This document shows, one piece after another, positions 21,989-34,125 of a stretch of DNA of 64,000 nucleotides (the stretch's first letter is position 1; each line of letters opens with the position of its first letter). Under the pieces are notes generated by a model, which searched no databases, was not told where the DNA came from, and worked only from the letters and a program-made list of their open reading frames with translations. This stretch comes from Malacoraja senta (taxonomy: Eukaryota), in the NCBI GenBank assembly GCA_038087875.1, contig CM075990.1, positions 11,162,001 through 11,226,000 on the forward strand, written 5' to 3'. A program made the translations under genes and the position numbers.

Positions 21989-24900
21989 TTCAGAGGACAT
22001 GGATGTTACTGACATTTATTGTTCATCCTTAATCGCCCCTGACCTCGGGAGGTAATTAAGTTACCTCCCGAGGTAACTAGTTGGTCTGTAGTCACATATT
22101 TAAATTTTAAAAAATTAAAATATTTAAAAATGGCACCAAAACGTGGCGGTTCTTACATGCAATCTCAGTGGACTTTATCAATGCTCTCCATACTATCAGG
22201 GATTATGCTTGGGTGTGCCAATACTTTACTGAGGTGTATGCAAAATCAGAATTTCACTGTATGTATGTACAGGTCATAATAAAGAACCATTGAACATATG
22301 TAAACCAGTAAGAATGAAGGATTTGTTTTTTGAAAAAATTGTGTAAAACCAGTACATCCTTAGATACGATTAGACTAACTTTTAATTCCAGATTTATTTA
22401 ATTACTTGAAATAAAATTCCTCAACTGCTGCATTGGGATTTGAGTTCCAGAATCTAGATCCAATCCAATGGATGCTGGCTTAGTGACCTAGTCACTCTAC
22501 TATGCCTGTGTGTGGCCCCTGTTGTTAGCTGGCTCGCTCCATCATAGAGATGCTGACTTCCACTCCTTGCGGCCATGAAAGATTGCTGAATTGCCAGGAG
22601 TGCTGTCTTACAGCTGTGGTGTTGAATAGAGGCATCTTCAGCCATTCGGGCGAATGCAATAAATCTCACAGTGTTGCTCTGAAGAAGACCAGGAGTGCCA
22701 TCTCACATTAACACGAACAGAATTACTGGCCATCATCACATTGCTGTTTCATGGTCTTTTTGGCCGTAGATTGGTGGTGATTGTTGATTTATTGTTGATC
22801 ACTGTTACGCATTGATTTGTAGTGGAGTTTGTAAAACTTTTCAGTAGCTCCATCAACTAAAATGCAAATGATCGCAACCTTTATTGACACTGTTGACTGC
22901 AGATTGGTTTGGTCCACGATTACAGAGTTCCTTTTTGAAATGTGCCCTCTGAAAGGGGTGTGGTGGGAAAGGTTTCGCAGGCTAGGAATTTGTTTTGCTT
23001 CCAGCAGTTTGGAATCTAAGCTTTTAGCAATTACCATCAGATTTATAACCTTGTTGCCGCCGTCAGCTGCTGGAATAGTTTTATTGTGATTTCTTGTCTT
23101 CATATACAGTATCACCAGGCAATCTGTAGCATCCAACTGAGCAGATTGACAGAAGCTTAGTTTAACATCCTGGTGTCAATGCATCTACAACTACAAGCAA
23201 AGCTACTGCCTGAATGCTGATTTTCCTGGCTTATTGTGATGTGGAAGATGGCAAGAACTTTTTAATCGGTTTAGAGTAGTGATGTTATACAGTCCACTTT
23301 GTTTATTGACACTTTGGATATGAGTAACTTACAATCTCCAAAACCACTAGTGTGGTAATGGTTATTGTGTTAAGCAGTTTAATTAGTGCTGCTTTACTAT
23401 AATGATTGTCATGTGACAGGATGGATGTGTCATGTGATAGGAAATTGGTTGATCATGTGATGAAGACAGCTTCATCGTTACACTGGGATGGTGAGTAGTG
23501 TTGTAAATGGGGAGGATGCTCATCCCATGATGTTTGTAGGAATTAAGAACTGAGAAGGAATGAAAGAACAATGTTTTGAGATATGTTTCTTTCTTCGATC
23601 AATTGAGTGGATGTCCCCTTTGAATTCTCACCAGTGATATTCCAAACTATTACCAGTAGTCTCCATTTGCAATGAGCCATCAGAGTTGTGTTTATATTTT
23701 CTCCTTGTTGATAATTATTTAATGAAACAACTATCTCAAATATTGATTGAATCAGAATTCTATTGTAATAAGCCACTGTTTGGCAATACCTGGGAGTTTT
23801 ATGTGCAATATTCTTTTAACAAAATAACCAGAAGATGTGGTTGGGTTGTTAATGGTTGAGTGGATGCTTATGGAAGGCCATATGACCTTACCACAAAGGA
23901 TGTCTTTAGAATATGCCAATGTAGTATTTTGGTGGCCCTTGTTATAATATAGGAAATGTGGGAATTAAAGCAGCTGCCTCTCCCTGTCATTATGATAATG
24001 GCTGGACAATCTAATAATAATAATAATAATAATAACTTTTATTGTCATTGCACGTCAGTGCAATGAGATTTAGTATGCAGCTCCACCGATGTACAAGAAA
24101 AGTAAGATAAATAAATAAGCAAGCTGAGTGACGTGACCATCCGAGGGAGACTGTCCAGGGGGGGGTGGGGGGGCACTCAGCAGGGCCGGTTCAGAGCCGC
24201 TATAGCCTTTGGAATAAAGCTGTTTTATTTGCGTAGGAAGGAACCCTAAAGGGGTGTGAAGAAGGGACTCAACCCGAAATGGCACTCATTCCTTCTCTCC
24301 AGAGATGCTGCCTGTCCTGCCGAGTTATTCCAGCTTTTTGTGTGTATCTTCTATTTGATTTGCTTGTTAGGGGAGAGATATTGATTATGAGAGGACGTCA
24401 CTTCTGAAAGTGCTATGAGGTTTACATATAACCGGAGGTGTGAAATTGGGTCTTGGTCATGCTTTAGTTTAATGTCTCATCTGAAATATAACATCTTAGA
24501 CAGTCCAGCACCTGCCGAGTATTATATTGGGAATGTGGTCCTGCAGAAATTATTGTGTCAATTCTGGTGCATCCTTCTGTTGGCCTTGACTCCTTTGCAG
24601 TAAGACTCAGAGTTATACCCACTGATTGGCATAGTACACCATTGCAGTGTAAATATAAGCTGGAATAGAAATGTAATCAGTCTATGATCATACAGGCTAG
24701 CAATCAATCTATCAAGGTCAGCAAGCTGACACAACAGTCTAAAGTTTAACGGATGTTGTTCTGATATTCTGATGTCCAGTTCTCTGGATACTTTCAAGAG
24801 GGAGTTAGATAGAGCTCTTAAAGATAGTGGAGTCAGGGGATATGGGGAGAAGGGAGGAACGGGGTACTGATTGTGGATGATCAGCCATGATCACATTGAA

Positions 24901-25854
24901 TGGTGGTGCTGGCTTGAAGGGTTGAATGGCCTACTCCTGCACCTATTGTCTATTAAATACAAATTGTGGATGTCTCTTACTGGACTGGGTTTTGTCCTCT
25001 GGTGTTTCAAGGACCAAAATGAGTGGGAAAATATCTTCATCTTTATCCCTTATCAATTGCAGGTGCATCTGTCTATGATTATATCAGTAGGAGTGAGTAC
25101 TACACCGGCCTTAATTAGTTATTTGTCTTTGTGTTCTCCAGTTGCTATATTTGGATTTGAAAATATCTTCAGGTTAATGTGTATTTAGATGCAAGCCTAT
25201 TATCCTGGCATTTTTCACACCCAATATACTGTCATGGAGGAGGTTCATGATTGGACAGAAGTCCAGGGAAAGGACAGGATGGGCTGAATGGCCCTCTCTG
25301 TACTTTCTCACTACTACCTGCTGCCAGTCAGACTAATTGCAGTGTGGTTTCTGAGGCTCAGTGCCTGCTCTGACCATGCTTGAATCTCTGAGACGATGAT
25401 TTGATTTCTAAGGGCTATTCATGCTTTATTCGCACAGTGATTCAGAAAAATGCACACTGCCATTAACTAGATGACCACTTATGTCCTTTCAAAGGCTTGG
25501 ATAAACTTCAATGAATTGGATGTTAGTCTCTGAAAATTGAATTTGCAAGCAAGCACATGTTGTTTTAAAGTATTTTAAAATATGTTTATGCCAATAGGAT
25601 GGCTATTGATATTGACATAAGCACGAAATTAGTCATTGGTATCTCTCCTACGAGGTTGTTCAATATCAGTCTCCTGCTTCAGCCTTGACCCTCGAGCAGG
25701 TTTTTGCAGGTTTGGCTGCTCCCTTTGTTAAATCATTAAAACTGATCAAATAAAATTGAACATGACTCCGTCTAGTCGGACTATACACCTCTATCACATG
25801 CAAAGCTGAATCCTGCACTCAATCTGTGTAGAAGTATATTTTTCCAAGAAGAAA

Positions 25855-26140
25855 GTGGCACAGTGGTAGATTTGCTGCTTTACATCATCAGAGACCCGGG
25901 TTTGATCCTCTCAAAGGGTGCTAACTGTATGGAGTTTGTATGTTCTCCCTGTGACCACATGTGTTTACTCCGGATGCTCCGGTTTCTTCTGACACTCAAG
26001 ACGTGCAGGTTTGTAGGTTAATTGGTTTCTGTAAATTGTCCCTAAGTGTAGGAAGGAACTAGTGTATGGCTCATCATTGGTCAGCACAGATTCTGTGTGC
26101 CGAAGGGCCTGTTTCCACATTGTATCACTGAAGCTGAACA
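25855..26140 (+). mobile_element. V-SINE
   Basis: Family match. Confidence 0.82.
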
Positions 26141-28184
26141 AACAACTAGCTTCTCTGATGAACTGTGACAAAGAGCCTTTGCATCATTCAGCAGACACTC
26201 TTTGCAATTCCACACACTGTGGAGAGGTGAGCAACCATATTCTCTGTAGCTGTCGGCCCAAGGGCATTGGTAGTAAGATTCTGACCGTACATGAAGGAGC
26301 TGACTGGGAGGACCTCTCGCCGCCAACCAAGCCAAGTCTTGGTGCTGGATGGCGAGTTCTAGTGATGAGGCACCACCAGACAAACTGGGCAGTCTGCAAA
26401 GAGAACCATGCCAGAAGATCCATTGAGTCCCTGTCTTGCAGTGCTTGCAGGATGTTCCATGCTGACCACTGCCCGATAGACTCATGGTCAAAGATCAAAC
26501 CTGGAGATGAGGTTATGTTTAGTTTAAAGGTCAAACATCACCTATTCCTTTTCTCCAGGGATGCTGCCTGACCTGAGTTATTCCAGCATTTTGTGTCTAT
26601 CTTTGGTGTAAACCACCATCTGTTGTCCCTTCCGACACTTCTTAGTTTCTTTGATGGCTTAGCATGTGTTTCTTTTTCCTTTGTTCCAAACACATTAATT
26701 TAGTGCAAGACAGATCCCTCAGTCACTATCTGCAGTTGTATTTTGACAGGAATGCTAAATTTAACGCAATTAAAGGATTAAGGGATTTTTTTTAAAGCTG
26801 GGCTGATTGCTCTGGAAATTAGATTGACTCTGACACAGGAGACCCATCACTGAATAATTTGGCACAGAAGGAGACTACATGTTTCAGTATGCCTCTGCCG
26901 GCTCTATGGCCGAGTCTCCTATTTGTCTTGCTTCACCTTTTCCCCCCAACAGTGCAGCTATGTTCTCCTTATTACCTAATGATGCACTGTTTTAGTATTG
27001 AATATCCTTCCACCACCTGCTGATGCATAAAAGTAATTTTCCTCCCTGACCAATGCACCAACTCCACACAATTAAGCCAATCTTCATGGGGAGAGAGTGA
27101 CATTTTTATGTATGTCTGTGGATTAATACAGACCAACAATTGAACAATGTTGGAACAACTTATCTTGTCTATTGTGTGCAGTTGAATTGAAATGTGATTG
27201 TTCTTCCAAAAGTGTATGTTCAGTGCATTATTAGCCACTAATGAAGTCCAGTGGAAAATGTACAGCCTTTTACACATGAGATATAAGATGCTCAAACAAA
27301 GCTTGTGTAGTTTACTTAAGGGTTCATCGCAGCCTGACTCTGAACTATTGGATCCTTGTAAATACATCACTAATGTCCTTCAGGATCCAACCTGGGCCAC
27401 AGGAGCGATTCCAGACCAAACAACTGGTTGACTTTTAACCTCCTCCTGAATACAGGGACATCGGGGAGATAAATGCCAGCAACATTTGCATCCTGTGAAG
27501 GAATGATATAAATAGTGATAGACACACAAAGCTGCAGTAATTCAGCGTGAAAGGTAGCATCTCAAGAGAGAAGGCATGGGTGACATTTCGGGTCAAGACC
27601 CTTCATCAGTGAGGTGATTGTCCCGTCAGTTACATTTGCCTGCACTACCCTTTGCACTGTCAAATAGCAACAGTCCATCTTGGTCTGCATGCAGCCACTC
27701 TGAGAGGGGGTGACCACTAGACCAGCCAGCAGTGCCTCTCTCACGGGGCATAATTATAAAAGGGACAAAGTCTTAAAGTGCCAATTATTGTTAACAACCA
27801 ATGTTACACTTATTGCATTCTCTTAAGAATGTAATGAAGGTCTGCCAAATATGTTTTCTTTGAACTACCCTTGTGTTTAAAAACAATATTTCCTCAGAGT
27901 GTTAACATAACATTGACCTTGGCTTATTATCCTGGCTAACACTCCCAATGTAGTGCCGAAGGAAAAAGAGTGGCCTTTTGGACAAGAGGTCATGTCCACT
28001 CTTTAGGTTGAGAAGATGTAATGGCTATTATTTTGAACAAAATTGGAATTATTCTCTGAGGTGTCCTCGCTAATAAATATCTGTTATATTAAAATGTTGC
28101 CCGAACAGTGTGTGATCCGTGGCGCTGTGGCCATAACGTTATATTTAAACTCCATAGAACTGCGGCCAATAGTGCTATATTTTA

Positions 28185-29015
28185 TCCGGAAGTGGCGGCG
28201 CTGTTGCACAGCTGCGGCTCGCCTGCAGTCCGTCTGTTTTTACTTTTTTTGTTGTTTTCTTTTTGTCCTGTTTTAGTTAAATTTTAGTTTATTGGGTTGT
28301 GTATGTGTTGGAGGGGGGGGTGAAACATGTTTTTTGTCTCTTCCTTCAGGGGAATGCGACTTTTTCTTGTCGTATCCCCCTTCTCTGCCTCCGTCTGCGC
28401 TGAGGCCAAAATGGTGGAGCTGCCGGCCTCCAACTCCAACTGCGACCGACCGACCTCGAGGCTTCGGAGGCAGAGCCAGGACTTACCAGCGCGGGGCTGG
28501 CCGGCTTCGGGGCTGCGGTGGCGTTCCGGCGGTGGCGACCGAGGACACTGGTGGCGACCTGAATCCGGAGGCTCGGCCGCAGGCCCGGTGGGCGACATCG
28601 TCGGGAGCTCGCAGGTCACAGGTGGGTGAGCTGTTTTTCTGGGGCTCCCGCAACTACAGCTGCGTCCACTAGACTGGAGGGCGGCAGCTTCGGCCACCCC
28701 GGGCCGCGGAGTTTGAACCGGCCCGTCGCGGACGGAGCATGGATTCAGCCGCGGGACTGACTTACCATCACCCGGCGGGGTCACAATGTCAGAAGCCTGG
28801 ATCGCCTCAGCGCAGAGGGAGAACAAAGAGGGAAGAGACAGAGACTTTAAGACTTTTGCCTCCATCACAGTGAGGAGGTGCCTGGTGAACTCACTGTGGT
28901 GGATGTTAATTTGTGTTTATTGTGTGTTTTGTTATTTATTATATGTATGACTGCAGGCAACGAAATTTTGTTCAGACCGAAAGGTCTGAATGACAATAAA
29001 GGAATCTAAGTCTAA
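28185..29015 (+). mobile_element. GC-rich non-autonomous retroposon with Rex1-type tail (apparently full length)
   Basis: Starts CCGGAAGTGGCGGCG; last ~220 bp shared with 15625-15854, including hairpin TTCAGACC-GAAA-GGTCTGAA and TGACAATAAA. Confidence 0.75.
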
Positions 29016-29559
29016 ATTAGAACCCATAGCCCTGCCGCCGACAGCTCTTTGTTTAAATTCCCAAGCACTAAGCCTACAGCGCGCTGTTTAAACCCTTGTG
29101 CACCAAACCGGCAGCGCTTTGTGATTTGACTTGCGCGCCAAGTCTGTAGTGCCGTGTATTGCTTTACGCTCCAGTCTGCGGCTGATAGCGCTTTCTTCCA
29201 AAACGGGGGGAGATCCTCGCTCGGATGCAGTCCCCTGCCATTGGTTATAGTTTGAATTTGTGAGCAGCACTATTGGCCAGGACTTACCGGCGGTTGTTTC
29301 AACGACTGATTTCTTACCTGTATAAAGGCAGGCGCCAGGAAGCCATAGGTTAGTTTATGTACGAGAGGGGTTCACCGACGGAGGCAGAGAGAGAGAGAGA
29401 GGTGTGCTGCTGTAAAACTGACCCGTGCATACCGAGACAAGTATTCTTTTTGTTCTCTCTTGGCAATGAAACTGATTAGTAACTAAACAGACGAGTGAGC
29501 TTTTTTCAGTTCTACTCATCAGATCCTTGAACCTCTTCCCTTGTAACAATATCCACACC

Positions 29560-29770
29560 GGGCGGCACCCCAGTGGAGCATTGGTTGAGTTGATGCTTCA
29601 CAGCCGAGTTCCATCCTGACCTCAGGTGCTGTCTGTACAGAGTTTGTACATTCTCCCTGTAACCATGTGAGTTTTCTCTGGGTGCTCTGGTTTCTTCCCA
29701 CACTCTGATGTTTGTAGGTTAATTTTCCGGTAAGGGCCTGTTTCTACGCTGTATCTCTAAACTAACTTAA
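29560..29770 (+). mobile_element. V-SINE, internally deleted
   Basis: Family match. Confidence 0.75.
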
Positions 29771-30144
29771 TAAACAGTTATCTGTTGGTTGTTGTATCTA
29801 TGTTGAAATGATCTTTCCGTGTGGAAATTGGTTGCTGCATTGTCCTCATGGCAAAAGAGACTAAGCTTTTGCTGAATGTAACATGTTTTTGGCTTGTTTT
29901 AAAGTGCTATAGTAACAAAGACTAACAAGTTGATCATGATACTTTTTCTCACTTGGAGTGGCATGTCTGTGGTGGCTTTTGGATTGAATTCTACCTCGTC
30001 AGAAACTTGGGCACTTCCTCCTAATTGCACTGGTTCAGACTAACCACAGCAGCATGGAACATGCAAGTAATGATCTCATTCTCCATACAATGGTCAGTGA
30101 CAGGGTGTTGCTGGGAGATATTAGTACATGTGGTTTTAAAACCG

Positions 30145-30860
30145 AGTGGTGCAGTGGTAGAGTTGCTGCCTTACAGCGCCTGAGACCCAGGTTTGAACCT
30201 GGAAGATCCTCCTCCATGTCTACAAAGCTCTCAATGGGCTTGCCCCCACCTACATAAAAAGTCTTCTCACCCACCACTCTACCTCCAGGCCCCTCGGATC
30301 GGCCGACTTGGGGTTGCTGAATATCCCACGGTCTAGGCATAAGCTCAGGGGCGACCGCGCCTTTGCAGTTGCAGCCCCTAGACTGTGGAACAGCATCCCC
30401 TTTCCCATCAGAACTGCCCCCTCCATCGACTCTTTTAAGTCAAGACTAAAAACGTATCTATACTCCCAAGTCTTTCCTGACATCCTCTGAGTGAGGGCTA
30501 CATGTATATATGTTTGTAGTTTGTTTTGTTTATGCTATTCTTATAACAAATGTAAAGCACTTTGGCCAATGAGAGTTGTTTTTTAAATGTGCTATATAAA
30601 TAAATGTGACTTGACTTGACTTGACTTGACTATGGGTGCTGTCTGTTCAGAGTTTGTATGTTCTCCCCGTGACCTGCGTGGGTTTTCTCTGGGATCTCCG
30701 GTTTCCTCCCACTCTCCAAAGATGTACAGGTTTGTTGGTTAATTGGCTTGGTATAATTGTAAATTATAGTGTGTGTAGATAGTGTGCGGGGATCGCTGGT
30801 TGGGGTGGACTCAGTGTGCTGAAGGGCCTGTTTCCTCACCGTTTCTTTAAACTAAACTAA
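30145..30860 (+). mobile_element. V-SINE split by an L2 insertion
   Basis: 5' part 30145-30200, resumes at about 30628. Confidence 0.82.
30219..30630 (+). mobile_element. L2 LINE 3' end inserted in a V-SINE
   Basis: VYKALNGLAPTYI...GDRAFAVAAPRLWNSIP...FKSRLKTYL; (GACTT)n tail. Confidence 0.9.
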
Positions 30861-33519
30861 AAGCCTGCCATAGGGCATTGTCAGCCCAAATAAGAGTTAT
30901 GAGTGTGGCTCTCCTGACTAGAGGCCAGCAAATGGGCTGAGAGTCTCAGGTGAAATGCTTTTAATTCATTCACCTGCCTTACTTCACTATTTGCATTACT
31001 TGAACGGCCAAATGATGGTTAATGATTTCCAGGCCCTAAACTCACTGACGTCTCAACAACTCTCCCCGCCCCCCAACAACAATATCAAAGACTTCCTACT
31101 GACTGACGATCCCCCAGTTAACTCACTTGTAGGTAGACACAAAAAGCTGGAGTAACTCAGCGGGACAGGCAGCATCTCTGGAGAGAAGGAATGGATGACG
31201 TTTTGGGTCAAGACCCATCCCTCAGACTGGTTAGGGATAAGGGAAACGAGAGATATAGATTATGCTGAATGAGTAAATAGGTTTATTGGCCAAGTATTCA
31301 CATACAAGGAATTTGCCTTGGTGCTCCGCCCACAAGTGACAACATGACATACAGTGACAGTTAGGAATGACACACAAAACATTAAACATTAATAATAAAA
31401 CAGAGATAAAATGGAGAGATGAAGAACAATGAATGAAAGACATGCAAAAAAGTAATGATGATAAAGGAAACGGGCCACTGTAAGCTGTTTGTAGGGTGGA
31501 AATGAGAAGCTAGTGCGACTTGGGTGGGAGAGAGAGAGAGAGAGAGGGAATGCCGGAACTACCTGAAGTGAGGTGCCTGGCTCATCACGTGCGTGTATTT
31601 GGTACACAACCTGTCCCCATCCATTTCTAATCCAAGGCTGTCCCCATTTCTAACCCCTGACATTTCACCCTTTGGATCAGTACATCAACGTGGATATGGA
31701 TTAATTTGTTACTAAAGACTCCACAAAATTTCTTGTCATTTATTTCTCTCTCTTCCATTTTTCTCCTTTCCCACTTACACTTCGATGTGAGAAAATTTAC
31801 ATTGCCACATTAGATGAGAATCAAAGTGCCTACAAGCAATTTTTTTAAATTAGATGACCTTGGGTTTTTGAAAACCTATTATGCTATCATTGGATTGAAA
31901 CACAGACTATGAAGTATCATGGAATATGTTGGGTTTTCAGCAAGTAAGTTTTAATAAGTTAAATTTAAAAGCTCCTGAATACAACAGATAAGTGAATGAG
32001 AGGGCAGGGGCTTTTTGTTTAATTGTCCTGATGGTACAGTCAGCAGACACACTAATGTACTTTTTATTAGAAGCACCACTTCCTCTTTAAAACAGACTTT
32101 ATTTTACTTAATGAAAAGAGCAGTTGTAAAGATATTATCTAATGAGCACTTCCACAAGATTCCAGCTCTACTTATGTCTGTTGGAGCTATTGCTGTAAGA
32201 CTTTATTAGTGGTTATAAAAGGAAAGTTGCTCTCTTACTGCTGAAGAGATGCAACGGAAGTTCTTGATGTTAAACAGGTCATGCCAACAAGGAGATAGTG
32301 AACTTAATTTGCTGTTAATAATCCGGTCCGCTGAACTGTAGTGTCTGCTGAACAGGATGAGTAGACATGAAACTCCAATCAACCTTGCAGTGATCGACTT
32401 TTGAAACCCTGAGGCACATGGCTGTTCCAGTCCCTCATACTTAATGCCAGCCATTCTTGATGAGTTCATGTGAGGTGTCTTTAATTGAATCTCAAGGTAA
32501 AACCGACCAAATATCCAGCAGAGAATTTCCCAGTATGAACTGGTGAAATCTCCTGTTATTGTTCCTTCATTTTAACCATCTATTGAACTGCATATTGGGC
32601 AACCATTCTCTCTGAATTTAGTAGCAGAGCTATGAATGTGACAACACAGAGTGTTGGGAACCCTACACTGCAGATAAGCAGTAGAGTTAGCTTCAACAAT
32701 GAGGCGTGATTTGATAAATAGTTGGTAATATTCTCACGTGGCAAGGGTTTGGAGATGTTCAGCAGCATTGGCAAAGATGATACTTCAATCTGAAGCCAGT
32801 TAAAATCTGCAACTCTCCTCCCAACAAAATCTGTTGAGATGAGGGATCAACATCAACATTGTGATTGATATGTCTTCAATCGGGCAAAGGTATTAAAGGT
32901 GGCAAGGCCAGGGCCTGTAAATTGAGTCAGCCTTCATCCTGTTGGTGGTGGCACAAACTTGAGGGTCTAAATTTCTTCGAAGCCTGTTCCTTTAGCGACT
33001 CAAGGTCCTGTTCCTATGTGACTCAGATACAATGAGTAGTGGGATTTATTGTTGATGTGTTACACTCTGCTCTGCAATATTCAATACGATGCTTTCTTAA
33101 CCCAAAACTGTGTTTGGTCTCTCTGGTTTAACAAAATGGCTCTTGACATTATTACGAAGTTGACTTGTAGAGTTCCCCCTGCTATCCTGGACAATACTTG
33201 TTCCTCAATGAGAATTATTATAAATGCAGCAAACCCAGCCTTTTATCGCATGCTTTGAATTAAGAGAATTATAGATGAACATAAATCACAACCAGACATT
33301 TTTTTAAATCCTTCATTCCCACTGGCCATTAATCAGAATAAATACTCATTATTAACCAATGTAAAGTTTTAAGCAAGACCAATTAGGTCAGCTTTGTGTC
33401 TGATATACTCCCAGTAGATGTCATCATAGCTCTTTGCAAGATCTGGCCTAGTCTGTCCCAGCGTGCTGCCCTCACAAGCGTTCTTAAGCGACTAAAACAC
33501 CTGTACAATAAAGCATGTA

Positions 33520-34125
33520 CTGATGTGGAGGCTTTGGAGAGGGTGCAGAGGATGTTTACCAAAATGCTATAAAGGACACGATGCTAGAGTAACTCGGCGG
33601 GTCAGGCATCTACCCTGGAGAATGTGGATAGGAGAAGTTTTGGGTCAAGAGCTGGCTTCTACATAACCAGGATGCTGCCTGGATCAGAGGGCTTCAGCTA
33701 TGGGGAGAGGTTGGACATACTTGGATTGTTTTCTCTGGAACGTTGGAGGTTGAGGGGAGAGCTGATAGAAATATATACAATTATGAGAGGCATAGATAGG
33801 GAGGTAGTCGGATATTTTTCCAAGGGTGTAAATGTGCACAACTGGTCGGAATATGATGGCTGGGAGAAAGTTTAATGGAGATGTGTTGGGCATGTTTTTT
33901 TTACATAGATAGTAATGGGGATGTGGAACTCATTACCAAGGTAGGTGGTGGAGGCAAATACAATAGTGACGTTCAAGAGGCTTTTTGATAGGGACTTGGG
34001 AGTGCAGGCAATAGTGGGATATGGATCAAGTACAGGCAGATGAGATCAGTTTAACTTGATATCATGTTTGGCACTACCATCGTGGGCCAAATGGCCCATT
34101 GTTGTGTTGTACTGTTCTATCTTCT
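33520..34125 (+). mobile_element. CR1 3' region, interrupted by a Penelope-derived piece
   Basis: ALERVQRMFT...LGLFSLERWRLRGELIEIYTIMRGID; CR1 3' tail. Confidence 0.8.

Noticed and set aside
26062..26571. 169-aa ORF
   Set aside because: Begins in a SINE tail, ends in a Penelope-derived repeat, no domain motifs
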